From Myxococcota bacterium (lineage in GTDB: Bacteria > Myxococcota_A > UBA796 > SXON01), in NCBI GenBank assembly GCA_040386535.1, contig JAZKFH010000008.1, forward strand, positions 1-43,545: a stretch of 43,545 nucleotides of DNA. Reading direction: 5' to 3'. Shown one piece after another: positions 1-9,034 of this stretch; the first letter of the stretch is position 1, and each line of letters starts with the position of its first letter. The notes beneath the pieces are model-generated. The model saw only the letters and a list, made by a program, of their open reading frames with translations, had not been told where the DNA came from and did no database searches. The translations under genes were made by a program, and so were the position numbers.

Positions 1-28
1 CTTCCGTGCTTCCGGTTCTACTCGCCGG

Positions 29-134
29 TCCTCCTCCTCCTCCTCCTCCTCCTCCTCCTCCTCCTCCTCCTCCTCCTCCGGCTTCCTGCCTTCCTTGTTT
101 CCTGCTTTCCTGCTTGTCTTTCTGCCTTCCCAGT
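29..134. repeat. (TCC)17 microsatellite followed by degenerate 8-bp pyrimidine-rich tandem units
   Basis: TCC repeated 17 times at 29-79, then TTCCTGCC, TTCCTTGT, TTCCTGCT, TTCCTGCT, TTTCTGCC and TTCCCAGT units at 83-134. Confidence 0.9.
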
Positions 135-227
135 TCCCGCCTCGCTTCCGGCTTCTTCGCCCCGCCGCCCCCGCCGCCGCACCGGCCGCGCGCCCTGGCG
201 CGGTCCGTGTGCCCTGACTCCGAGGCC

Positions 228-1046
228 CTACTTCAGCCGCCGGTGCTGATCGACCGGGATCGCGGTCCGCACCCGGCGCACGCGCCCGAGATCGATCTCG
301 GCGAGGCAGAACCCCTCGCCGTCGCCACACTCGGCGACCACGGTGCCCCAGGGATCGGCGATGAGCGCGTGGCCATAGGAGTGGCGCAGGCCGGCGTCGT
401 CGTGGCGGCCCTCCTGCGCGGGGGCGAGGACCCAGGCCTGGCACTCGATGGCGCGGGCGCGGAGCAGCGGGTGCCAGTGGTCCTTGCCGGTCTGGAGCGT
501 GAACGCGCTCGGGACGGTGAGGATCTCGGCGCCGGCGTCGACCAGCTTGCGGTACAGCTCGGGGAAGCGCAGGTCGTAGCAGATCGACAGGCCGATGACG
601 CCGAGCGGCGTGCGGGCCACGACCACCTCGTCGCCGGGGACGATGTGGGCGCTCTCGCGGAAGGTCGGGCCGCCGGGGATGTCGATGTCGAACAGGTGCA
701 GCTTGCGATACCGCGCCAGCAGGTCGCCGGTGGGGCCGTACAGCAACGACGTGTTGTAGCAGTGGGTCTCGGAGCCGGGGTGGTCCACGCGCTCGGCCAC
801 CGAGCCGACGAGCAGGTGCACGCGCAAGCGGCGTGCAAGCGTCGCGAGACGGCGGTGCGTACGTCCGTCGAGGGGCTCGGCGATCGCCACCTTCTGCGCG
901 GACGAGCCGAGGAACGTGGTGTTCTCCGGCGTGGCGATCAGCGCGGCGCCCGTGCCCGCGGCACGCTCCGCCAGGGCCTCGACGCGGTCGAGGTTGTAGG
1001 GGATGTCGGCTCCCGTGCGGAGCTGAAGACAGGCAGCGAGGTACAT
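228..1046 (-). CDS. Carbon-nitrogen hydrolase (nitrilase superfamily, Nit1/deaminated glutathione amidase-like)
   Basis: Catalytic E-K-C triad motifs TPEN, YRKLHLFD and ICYDLRFPE, plus TGKDHW, RARAIE and SYGHALIADPWG. Confidence 0.92.
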   Translation of the reverse strand: MYLAACLQLRTGADIPYNLDRVEALAERAAGTGAALIATPENTTFLGSSAQKVAIAEPLDGRTHRRLATLARRLRVHLLVGSVAERVDHPGSETHCYNTSLLYGPTGDLLARYRKLHLFDIDIPGGPTFRESAHIVPGDEVVVARTPLGVIGLSICYDLRFPELYRKLVDAGAEILTVPSAFTLQTGKDHWHPLLRARAIECQAWVLAPAQEGRHDDAGLRHSYGHALIADPWGTVVAECGDGEGFCLAEIDLGRVRRVRTAIPVDQHRRLK

Positions 1047-1072
1047 GCGCTCGGTTCCTGCTATCCTGGGGG

Positions 1073-2740
1073 ATGTACGAGGGCCTCATGACCGTTCGGA
1101 ACGCCACCGGGATCGCAAGCCTGCTCCTGCTCACCGTCGGGTGCGGGGATCAGAAGCTCAGCGTGTACAACTCCGCTCCGGTCGTCTCCATCTCCTCCCC
1201 GCCCGACGGCACCAACGTCGATCAGGGCGTGGTCGTGATGTTCGAGGGGCTCGTGTCCGACGCGCAGACCGCGTCCTCCGCGCTGCAGATCAGCTGGTCG
1301 AGCGACATCGACGGCGTGTTGACCACGACCGACCCGGCCGACACCACCGGGCTCGCGCTCTACTCGACGGGCAGCCTGTCGGCGGGAAACCACGCAATCA
1401 CCCTCTCGGCGACCGACGAGTCGGGCGAGCGCACCGAGTACACCATGGTCCTCACCGTGGTCGACGTGCCGGACGCCCCCGAGATCAACGTGGTGCACCC
1501 GGGCAACGGCGAGAGCGGCCAGGAAGGCGAGCTGTTTGGCTTCGTCGTGCAGGTCAGCGACGAGCAGGACGATCCCGCCACGCTCACCGTGAGCTTCGAG
1601 AGCGACGTCGACGGCGTGTTCTGCACCCCCACGCCCGACGCCATCGGCGTGGCCGAATGTGACCAGTCCCTCACCGCGGGCGACCACCGGCTCACCTTCG
1701 CCGTGACCGACAGCCAGGCGCTCACGACGCGTGAGGAGTACTACTTCACCGTCATCTCCGGGCGCTCGGTGGATGACGACGGCGACGGCTGGACCGAAGA
1801 CCAGGGCGACTGTGACGACGGCGACGGCTCGGTGAACCCGAACGCCTCCGAGTTCTACAACGAGCGCGACGACGATTGCGACGGCATCGTCGACAACGGC
1901 ACCCCCGGCTACGACGACGACGCGGACGGCCAGTCCGAGCTCGACGGCGACTGCAACGACGCGAGCCCCGTCACCTACGAGGGCGCCCCCGAGAGCTGCG
2001 ACGGCGTGGACAACGACTGCGACAGCATCGTGGACGAGACCACCGAGTGCTACGACGACGACGGCGACGGTCTCGCCGAGATCGCGGGCGACTGCAACGA
2101 CGCCTCCGCGGTGAGCTACCCCGGTGCGCCCGAGCTCGGGGACACGATGGACAACGACTGCGACGGCATCGTCGACGAGGGCACCAGCGCCTACGACGAC
2201 GACGGCGACGGCTACAGCGAGACCGCGGGCGACTGCAACGACGCGGTCGCGACGATCAACCCGGGCGGCACCGAGAGCTGTAACGGCTACGACGACGACT
2301 GCGACGGCACCGCCGACGAGCGCGATGCGGTCGGGTGCTTCCCCTACTATTACGACTACGACGGGGACGGCTTCGGTTCGAGCGCAGTCGCCTCCCGCTG
2401 TCAGTGCAGCTACGACGGGTACTACACCGCGGCGTCCAACACCGATTGTTACGACTACAACTCGGCGGCGAACACGTCGGCCACGGCGTACTCGACCACT
2501 TCGCGCGGCGACAGTAGCTTCGACTTCAACTGCATCTCAGGGGAGGAGAAGCAGTACACCGTCAGCGGCGACTGCAACTGGGACACCTTCGCGTGTGACC
2601 TGAACCCGGGCTGGAGCGGAACCAATCCGAGCTGCGGCGTGGGAGGAAACTATGTCACCTCCTGCGACGAAGACAAGGTGCTCGGCGTCGTGGTGGGCTG
2701 CGACAACAACACCAGCGCCCGCACTCAATCTTGCCGGTAG
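1073..2740 (+). CDS. Surface lipoprotein with two Ig-like domains, about 4 MopE-like metal-binding repeats and a Cys-rich C-terminus
   Basis: Lipobox LLLTVGC. Paired WSSDIDG/FESDVDG modules. Repeats of DDDGDG-x5-GDC(N/D)D...D(N/D)DCDG-x2-D. Start is either ATG 1073 or ATG 1088. Confidence 0.8.
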   Translation: MYEGLMTVRNATGIASLLLLTVGCGDQKLSVYNSAPVVSISSPPDGTNVDQGVVVMFEGLVSDAQTASSALQISWSSDIDGVLTTTDPADTTGLALYSTGSLSAGNHAITLSATDESGERTEYTMVLTVVDVPDAPEINVVHPGNGESGQEGELFGFVVQVSDEQDDPATLTVSFESDVDGVFCTPTPDAIGVAECDQSLTAGDHRLTFAVTDSQALTTREEYYFTVISGRSVDDDGDGWTEDQGDCDDGDGSVNPNASEFYNERDDDCDGIVDNGTPGYDDDADGQSELDGDCNDASPVTYEGAPESCDGVDNDCDSIVDETTECYDDDGDGLAEIAGDCNDASAVSYPGAPELGDTMDNDCDGIVDEGTSAYDDDGDGYSETAGDCNDAVATINPGGTESCNGYDDDCDGTADERDAVGCFPYYYDYDGDGFGSSAVASRCQCSYDGYYTAASNTDCYDYNSAANTSATAYSTTSRGDSSFDFNCISGEEKQYTVSGDCNWDTFACDLNPGWSGTNPSCGVGGNYVTSCDEDKVLGVVVGCDNNTSARTQSCR

Positions 2741-2755
2741 CAGCAACGCCGTTTT

Positions 2756-4570
2756 CTACAACCCGCTGCCCCTGAACAGGTACGCGGCCCCGGTACGTGT
2801 CTCCGCGAACGGATCCATCATGAGCACGTCGTCTAGGCCGTCCCCGTCGACGTCGCCGGGCACGACGGCGCTGGAACCGAGGCGGTTGGCTTCGCCGCCC
2901 GCTTCGGGGCGGAACGTTACGTCCAGGTCGCTCTCGAGGTAGGTCCCCGTCCCGGGACCGTACATCAGGTAGGTACGACCCGTGGTGTCGCCGCTGTTCG
3001 CCGGGTTGGCGCCGATGATCATGTCGCCACGGCCATCCCCGTCGATGTCGTGCGCTCCGCTCACGGCGTACCCCATGCCCGCCTCCGCGTGGGCGCCCGC
3101 GTAGACGCCCACGGCGTCCGTGGTGTCGAGGTTTGCGCCGATCGGTCCCGCAAACAGGTACGCGGCGCCGGCTCCCGCCGCGATGTCTGATACCCCCCAA
3201 GCTCCGAGCAAGAGGTCCAAGTCTCCGTCGCCATCGGCATCGACCAGGGGATCGAAGACCAGGGAAACGCCGAGGAGGTCCCCCTCGTTGACGCCGGCAA
3301 TCCGACCGTCGGCATCAAGCAGGTCTGCTCCTGCGATTGGTCCGTTGAAGATGTAGAGGATTCCTCGCTCCTCCTGCGCTCCCGGCGTCGCGGCGATCAG
3401 GTCGTCGAGGCCATCGTCGTTTACATCGCCGGTCGCGACGGCATAGCCAAAGGCCTCGCCCGCCAATCCCGGGTCTCCCGACAGGATCGCCCATGCGTCC
3501 CCCGTAGAGGCCATCCCTGAGCTGGCCTGCATCACGTACACCGCCGACGTACCATCGAACGCGACCTCACTCATGATGAGTTCATCGATGCCGTCGCCGT
3601 TCAGGTCCGAGCCGGTGGCGATGCTGAATCCAAGGACGTCCGTGCCGTTCCCGAGCAGCGTGGAGCGCGGTTCGGTGGCGGCTGTCCCCGCCGGAAACGG
3701 ACCGTCGAAGATGAACACCGCGGAGTCGCCTGTCGCGCCAGCGGTGATCGCGCTCACCCCGAGATCGCGCACGCCATCGCCATCGAAATCCCCCCCCGTC
3801 GCGCGGAAAAAGCGGAACTCTGGCGAGGACGTGTTGGTCAAGGTGGGGGCCTCGTCCGCGAGGTCCCAGTCCCCGTCTCCGGGGTCCGACAAGACGTAGA
3901 GTCCATCGGTGGTCATGAGCGCGAAGTCGTCCTTCCCGTCTCCGGTCTGGTCGCCGAGGCCGACCGGAATGCCGCCTGCCTCTCCACCCACCACCCAGGT
4001 CACATCCGCGTCTGCGACGTAGACCTCCCCCTCCAACCGACACCCCGTCCCCCCATCACAATCCTCATCCACCCCCGTGTTGCAAACCTCGGTCGCGCCC
4101 GGGTTCACCGCGTCGTCGCCGTCGTCACAGTCGGTGGCGTCCGCCACCCACCCATCCCCGACGCACACGGTCGCGAGGGCCGACGCGTCGCCGAAGCCGT
4201 CGCCGTCCGCGTCCGCGTACAAGGGCGTGCCATCCTCAGCCCCCGCCTCGTTGACCGCGCCGTCGCAATTGTCGTCGGCCGAGGTCGCGCAGAGCTCGGC
4301 GGCGTCGGGGTTTATGGCGCTGTCGCCGTCGTCACAGTCGCCGTCGCGGGTGGCCCAGCCGGCGAGGTCCGCGCAGCGGGTGTCCGGGTAGTCGGCGGTG
4401 CCCCAGCCGTCAGCGTCGGCGTCGACCCAGACCGGCACCGGGATGCATGCGGTGTCATCGGTGTCGTCGGTGTCTTCGCCTTCGATCGACCCCTCGGTCA
4501 GCTCCTTGTAGCGCTGGTCGTAGAGGGCCTGGTTGATGAGGCAGCCGGAGAGCAGCAACAATGGGAGCAT
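2756..4570 (-). CDS. Surface lipoprotein with 2 MopE-like repeats and an FG-GAP (integrin-alpha-like) propeller
   Basis: Signal MLPLLLLSGC. DCDDGDxAxNP-x-A-x-E-x-C repeats. FG-GAP repeats GDFDGDGVRDL, DLNGDGIDEL, GDVNDDGLDDL, DIDGDGRGDM and GDVDGDGLDDV. Start taken at ATG 4570 inside the longer ORF. Confidence 0.82.
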   Translation of the reverse strand: MLPLLLLSGCLINQALYDQRYKELTEGSIEGEDTDDTDDTACIPVPVWVDADADGWGTADYPDTRCADLAGWATRDGDCDDGDSAINPDAAELCATSADDNCDGAVNEAGAEDGTPLYADADGDGFGDASALATVCVGDGWVADATDCDDGDDAVNPGATEVCNTGVDEDCDGGTGCRLEGEVYVADADVTWVVGGEAGGIPVGLGDQTGDGKDDFALMTTDGLYVLSDPGDGDWDLADEAPTLTNTSSPEFRFFRATGGDFDGDGVRDLGVSAITAGATGDSAVFIFDGPFPAGTAATEPRSTLLGNGTDVLGFSIATGSDLNGDGIDELIMSEVAFDGTSAVYVMQASSGMASTGDAWAILSGDPGLAGEAFGYAVATGDVNDDGLDDLIAATPGAQEERGILYIFNGPIAGADLLDADGRIAGVNEGDLLGVSLVFDPLVDADGDGDLDLLLGAWGVSDIAAGAGAAYLFAGPIGANLDTTDAVGVYAGAHAEAGMGYAVSGAHDIDGDGRGDMIIGANPANSGDTTGRTYLMYGPGTGTYLESDLDVTFRPEAGGEANRLGSSAVVPGDVDGDGLDDVLMMDPFAETRTGAAYLFRGSGL

Positions 4571-4660
4571 GCGCCAAGTATAGCGGAGTCCGCCTCCCGA
4601 TGGGGAGCCCCGGCTTGCCCCGCCCCCGCGCCGACCTACCCTCTGTGCGGGGATCGACGC

Positions 4661-5197
4661 ATGAGCATCCAGGTCGGATCGACGGCGCCCAGCTTCTCGG
4701 CGCCCGCGCTCGTGGGGCGCGAGTTCAAGACCATCTCGCTCCGGGAGTACCTGGACCAGGGCAAGTGGGTGGTCCTGTTCTTCTACCCGAAGGACTTCAC
4801 GTTCGTGTGCCCGACGGAGATCGTCGCGTTCAACGACCTGTTGGAGGACTTCGCGGATCGCAACGCGGTGGTGATCGGAGCCTCGACCGATACGGTCGAC
4901 AGCCACCTCGGCTGGATCAAGTCCGACGGCCGCCTGCAGGACCTGAAGCTCCCGCTGATCGGGGACGTGACCAAGCGCATCGCCCGCGACTTCGGGGTGC
5001 TGCTGGACGAGCAGGGCATCGCGCTCCGCGGCACGTTCATCATCGATCCGACGGGCCGGCTGCGCTGGTCGTCCATCTACGACCTCGACATCGGGCGCAG
5101 CATCGAGGAGGTGGTCCGCGTGCTCGACGCGCTCCAGAGCGGCGGCTTGTGTGCCTGTGGCTGGCGGGAGGGGGACGAGAACATCGTCCCGGCGTGA
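4661..5197 (+). CDS. ahpC: 2-Cys peroxiredoxin (AhpC/Prx1 family)
   Basis: Peroxidatic motif FFYPKDFTFVCPTE, ALRGTFIIDP, GRSIEE, and resolving-Cys region GLCACGW. Confidence 0.93.
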   Translation: MSIQVGSTAPSFSAPALVGREFKTISLREYLDQGKWVVLFFYPKDFTFVCPTEIVAFNDLLEDFADRNAVVIGASTDTVDSHLGWIKSDGRLQDLKLPLIGDVTKRIARDFGVLLDEQGIALRGTFIIDPTGRLRWSSIYDLDIGRSIEEVVRVLDALQSGGLCACGWREGDENIVPA

Positions 5198-5204
5198 GCG
5201 CGCG

Positions 5205-5837
5205 ATGAGCACGCCTCGCCTGCCCCACCTGCCGCGGGTGGAAGACGCCGATGCCACCGAGGAGGTGGCTGCGCTCTACACCCGCGCCCGCCAGAAGCTC
5301 GGCGCGGCCACGCTCCCCGCGGCGTTGCGCAGCCTCGCCGGCTCGCCCGTGGTGTTCCGCGACATGATGCTCAACCTCGAGCGCACCCTCCACGAGCGCC
5401 CGCCGCTGGCCCGCGCCGAGCGCCTGCTGGTGGGCCTCGGCGTGGCGGCCGCGGCGGGCGCGCCGGACCTCGCGCATTGGCTCGATGGGCTCGCGGAGGC
5501 CCATGGCATCCCCGCGACCGACCGCCGCTCGGCGATCGAGGTGGCGCTGGTCTGCCGCACGCTCAACGCCTACTACCGGGCCAAGTCGCTCATGGACGTG
5601 CCCGGGCCGGGGCTGGACTCCCACGCGAACCTCCGCGCCACGCCGCTGGTGAGCTCGCCGCTCGCCAAGAGCACCGTCGAGCTGGTGTGTACGGCCGTCA
5701 GCGTGCTCACCAATTGTCGCTCCTGCGTGACCGCGCACGCGCGCTCGGCGATCGAGGCGGGCGCGACACAGCCGCAGCTGGACGAGGTCGTGCGCGTGCA
5801 GGCGGTCGTCGTCGGGCTGGCGGTGCTCGAAGGGTGA
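5205..5837 (+). CDS. AhpD/carboxymuconolactone decarboxylase family alkylhydroperoxide reductase
   Basis: ELVCTAVSVLTNCRSCVTAH (CxxC..H) core. ATG 5205 lies 7 nt after ahpC. Confidence 0.8.
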   Translation: MSTPRLPHLPRVEDADATEEVAALYTRARQKLGAATLPAALRSLAGSPVVFRDMMLNLERTLHERPPLARAERLLVGLGVAAAAGAPDLAHWLDGLAEAHGIPATDRRSAIEVALVCRTLNAYYRAKSLMDVPGPGLDSHANLRATPLVSSPLAKSTVELVCTAVSVLTNCRSCVTAHARSAIEAGATQPQLDEVVRVQAVVVGLAVLEG

Positions 5838-5885
5838 GGAGCGGCGGGGCGCCCGCTCGGATAGGGCATCGAAGCGAGGTTCTCG

Positions 5886-6299
5886 ATGAACGTCCATGCG
5901 GTCGAGAAGGTGCTCCGCGACCAAGGCTGCTCGCTCACCCCCCAGCGCCGCGCCGTGCTGCGTTTTCTGGACGGAAACCTCGACCACCCGTCGGCCGCCC
6001 GGATCTTCGACGCCGTCACCGCCGCCCTCCCGCCGAGCAGGCGCCCGGTGTCGAGCCGCGCGACCATCTACAACACGCTGGCGCTGCTGGAGCAGGTCGG
6101 CGCGGTGCACGTGGTGCGCGGCGCGGACGGCGAGATGCGCTACGACCCCAACATGACCCCCCATCACCATCGCTGTTGCGACGTGTGCGGGCGCATGGAA
6201 GACGTGCCCGCCGACGCCGTCACCCTGCTGTTGAACGGGGTGCCGGCCGCGGGTGAGGTGCGCTTCACGGGGCGCTGCGCGGGCTGCGCGCCCGGGTAG
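5886..6299 (+). CDS. Fur-family regulator, PerR-like
   Basis: LTPQRRAVL, HPSA, ATIYNTL, RYD, HHHxxCxxC, ED and a C-terminal CxxC. Sits next to ahpC/ahpD. Confidence 0.88.
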   Translation: MNVHAVEKVLRDQGCSLTPQRRAVLRFLDGNLDHPSAARIFDAVTAALPPSRRPVSSRATIYNTLALLEQVGAVHVVRGADGEMRYDPNMTPHHHRCCDVCGRMEDVPADAVTLLLNGVPAAGEVRFTGRCAGCAPG

Positions 6300-6321
6300 T
6301 CGGGCCCGTCGAGGTGGCCCG

Positions 6322-7323
6322 TCAGGCCTTGGGCTGCCCCGGCGCGCTCGGTTCGAGGAGAACCGTCGCGCGGAGGAGCGCGAAGGCGCCGATGACGACG
6401 CCGAACCAGAGCGTCGCCACGCGGATGAGCAGCGCCGACGCCACGGCGATGGCCTCGGTCACGCCGGGCACGAGCTCCATCGCGCCGCCGACCAGCGCGC
6501 CGTCGGCCACGCCGAGCCCGCCGGGCATCGCGCCGCCCGCGACGGTGGCGAAGGCGTAGAGGAAGGTCGACACGTCCAGCGACGCGTCGATCCCGAAGCC
6601 GCGGAACACGAGCATGTAGCCGACACACTCGGCGCCCCACGCGACGAGGCTCGCGAGCACGGTGAGCAGGAGCGGCACCGGCGCAACGCAGGTCCGCATG
6701 GCGAGGTACATCTCCTCGAGCTTGTCGCCGATCTTGTGGATCAGCGGGAGGCGCCGCAGCACCCCGAGGATCGCCAGGGAGAGCCCCTTGTGGGAGAGCA
6801 CGGCGAGGCCGCCCACCACGAGCGCGATGGGGACGAACACGTAGACGGCGCGGTCGCCCGCGTAGGTGGACACGCCGATCGCCGCGAGCGCGAGGCACGC
6901 GATGCCGTCGGTGAGGCGCTCGGTGACGAGAGCGGGGATGGTCTGGGCCATCGGGATGCCCGTGCGGGCGCGGACGAGCCAGGGCTTGAGCAGCTCGGCC
7001 GCCCGCCCCGGCGAGATCACCATCGCGAAGCCGGACGCGAAGATGACGGCGTTGTCGGCCAGTCCGATGCGCGCGCCGACGCGGCCCACGAGGTAGTGCC
7101 ACTTCCAGAAGCGCAGCCCGTAGTTGACCAGCGTGAGGCCGAGCACGGGGAGAAAGAGCACCCACCGGAAGGTCGCCAGGGCGGTGCCCACCTCCTCGAT
7201 GCCCGCGTAGAGCGAGCCCGCGACGTACAGCAGCGCCGCGAGGGCGATGCCCCAGGCGAGCCACACTCGGAAGCGGACGATGAGGTTCTGGGGGGTGGCG
7301 TCGGCCGCGGGGGCTTCGCTCAT
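6322..7323 (-). CDS. Lysylphosphatidylglycerol synthase TM / flippase-like (UPF0104) membrane protein
   Basis: LRFWKWHYL, SPGRAAELLK, ERLTD, PGGLGVAD and LIRVATLW motifs. ATG 7323 overlaps the upstream stop (ATGA). Confidence 0.85.
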   Translation of the reverse strand: MSEAPAADATPQNLIVRFRVWLAWGIALAALLYVAGSLYAGIEEVGTALATFRWVLFLPVLGLTLVNYGLRFWKWHYLVGRVGARIGLADNAVIFASGFAMVISPGRAAELLKPWLVRARTGIPMAQTIPALVTERLTDGIACLALAAIGVSTYAGDRAVYVFVPIALVVGGLAVLSHKGLSLAILGVLRRLPLIHKIGDKLEEMYLAMRTCVAPVPLLLTVLASLVAWGAECVGYMLVFRGFGIDASLDVSTFLYAFATVAGGAMPGGLGVADGALVGGAMELVPGVTEAIAVASALLIRVATLWFGVVIGAFALLRATVLLEPSAPGQPKA

Positions 7324-8981
7324 TGGGCATCCGCGGCACGGAGCCGGTAGAGGGAGAGGGTGGGGCCCATGCGGGTGAATCCGGAGAAGCGGGCGACGGG
7401 GAGGTAGAAGGCGTCCTGCTGATCGAACACGGGGCCGTCGGTCGGCCCGTCGGTCGCGGCCTCGACGTGGACCCGCTCGTAGCGCGCCGCGACGAGCGCA
7501 CGAACGCGCTCGGGGACCGCACTGTAGTGGACGAGGAAATAGTCCTCCACCAGGAGCCAGGGCGGCGGGTCGGCCTCGAGCGACTCCACCGAGCGCTGAC
7601 TCGCGAAGTCGATCCCTTCCTTCTCGACGAACAGCACGTCGTACATCGGGCGATCCTGCCGGTACCACTTCAGCTCGTCGGGCTTGCGGAACCCGGCGCT
7701 GTCGGCGCGCCCCTGCTTCGCCACGTACTCGCGGGTCTGGTTGGCGACGTTGCGCTGGAGCATCGGCGCGCCGGTGTAGGCGCCCGCGTGAACGAGGATG
7801 GCGCCGGTCGGCACGTTCGCCTCGATCCAGGCGCCCATCGCGTCACGCGTGTCCCCCGCCGCGAGGAGCTGGAGCGCGCGCGCGGTCGAGTACGCCGTTG
7901 GCGCCGCGAGCGCGAGGGCGAGTACGCCGCCCACGACCAGGCCGCGCTCCCGGGCGGTGCGCGCCACGAGGGTGCCCGCCGCGATGCACAAGAACGGGAC
8001 GACGGGCAGGATGTACCGATAAAATGCGGTCTCTCCGCGCCCGATGGCGAGGAAGTAGAGGATGGGGAAGCTGTAGAGCACGAGCGCTTCCCGACGATTG
8101 GTGCCGAAGGCGAGCGCAATGCCGAAGAGCCCGCCGACGAGCAGCGGCGCGCCCAGGCCCCACCGCAACGAGGCGGTGAGGTGGTGCACCCACGCGTTGC
8201 CCACATCGACGTAGTGGCCGGTGGCGAGGTGCGAGAGCTCGTAGCGGAAGTCGTGGAGGAACGTGGAGGGATCGAGGAGCGCGAAGGGCGTGCCGACGAG
8301 GAACGCGCCCACCATCGCGGCGGCGCCGGCCCCGAGGAGGCGCAGCGATGCGCCGGGGGACAGCACCGCGGCGACGGCGAGCGGCGCGCACAGCAGGGCG
8401 GCGTTGTACTTCGTGCTCGTGGCGAGCCCGGCGAGGACGCCCGCGATGAGCGCGGTCCGCATCCGTCCGTCGCGGCGCAGCGCGTCACAGGCCAGGACCG
8501 CGGCGGTGGCGAGCGTGACCATGGTCAGATCGGTGACGCCGAAGTGGCTGTCGCGCACGTGCAGGAACGCGACGGCCAGCAGCAGCGCACCCCAGCGGCC
8601 GCCCGGGGCGCGGAGCAGGAGCGCCACGCCGAGGGTGCCCATCGCGGCGCTCCAGAGCCGCATCAAAAGCCGGAAGGGCACCGCTCCGTCAAAAAAAGTT
8701 CGAAGGAAGTCCTCCTGCCCGCCGAAGTGCCCGACCACCTTGCCGACGGCGAAGTACGCGCCGAACAGCGCGAACATCAGGTACTTGAACAAGCTCGGGT
8801 AGTTGAAGGAGTGCGGGTTCAGATCGCCGCGCCCGAACTTCATGGCCTGGAACGCGATCGTGAGCTCGTCCGGGCGGGCCTCGGCCATGGGAAGACCGAA
8901 GTCCAACCCCCACAGACGGAGGGCGAGCGCCAGGAGGAGCAACGCTCCCGTCGCGACACGAGCGGGGGAAGAGAGGGCCAC
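7320..8981 (-). CDS. GT-C fold glycosyltransferase (ArnT/PMT-like, family 39/83)
   Basis: LRLWGLDFGLP..PDE, FNYPSL, HVRDSHF, GLATSTKYN and RYILP, with many TM helices. Start uncertain (GTG 8981 or 9032). Confidence 0.8.
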   Translation of the reverse strand: MALSSPARVATGALLLLALALRLWGLDFGLPMAEARPDELTIAFQAMKFGRGDLNPHSFNYPSLFKYLMFALFGAYFAVGKVVGHFGGQEDFLRTFFDGAVPFRLLMRLWSAAMGTLGVALLLRAPGGRWGALLLAVAFLHVRDSHFGVTDLTMVTLATAAVLACDALRRDGRMRTALIAGVLAGLATSTKYNAALLCAPLAVAAVLSPGASLRLLGAGAAAMVGAFLVGTPFALLDPSTFLHDFRYELSHLATGHYVDVGNAWVHHLTASLRWGLGAPLLVGGLFGIALAFGTNRREALVLYSFPILYFLAIGRGETAFYRYILPVVPFLCIAAGTLVARTARERGLVVGGVLALALAAPTAYSTARALQLLAAGDTRDAMGAWIEANVPTGAILVHAGAYTGAPMLQRNVANQTREYVAKQGRADSAGFRKPDELKWYRQDRPMYDVLFVEKEGIDFASQRSVESLEADPPPWLLVEDYFLVHYSAVPERVRALVAARYERVHVEAATDGPTDGPVFDQQDAFYLPVARFSGFTRMGPTLSLYRLRAADAQ

Positions 8982-9034
8982 GTTTACATCCCGTCGGCCG
9001 GCAGCTAATCTGCTTGCCAAAGCAAAGGCCACCC

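Noticed and set aside
6..1091. 361-aa poly-proline ORF
   Set aside because: It is the antisense shadow of the nitrilase gene plus the TCC tract, with no protein motifs.
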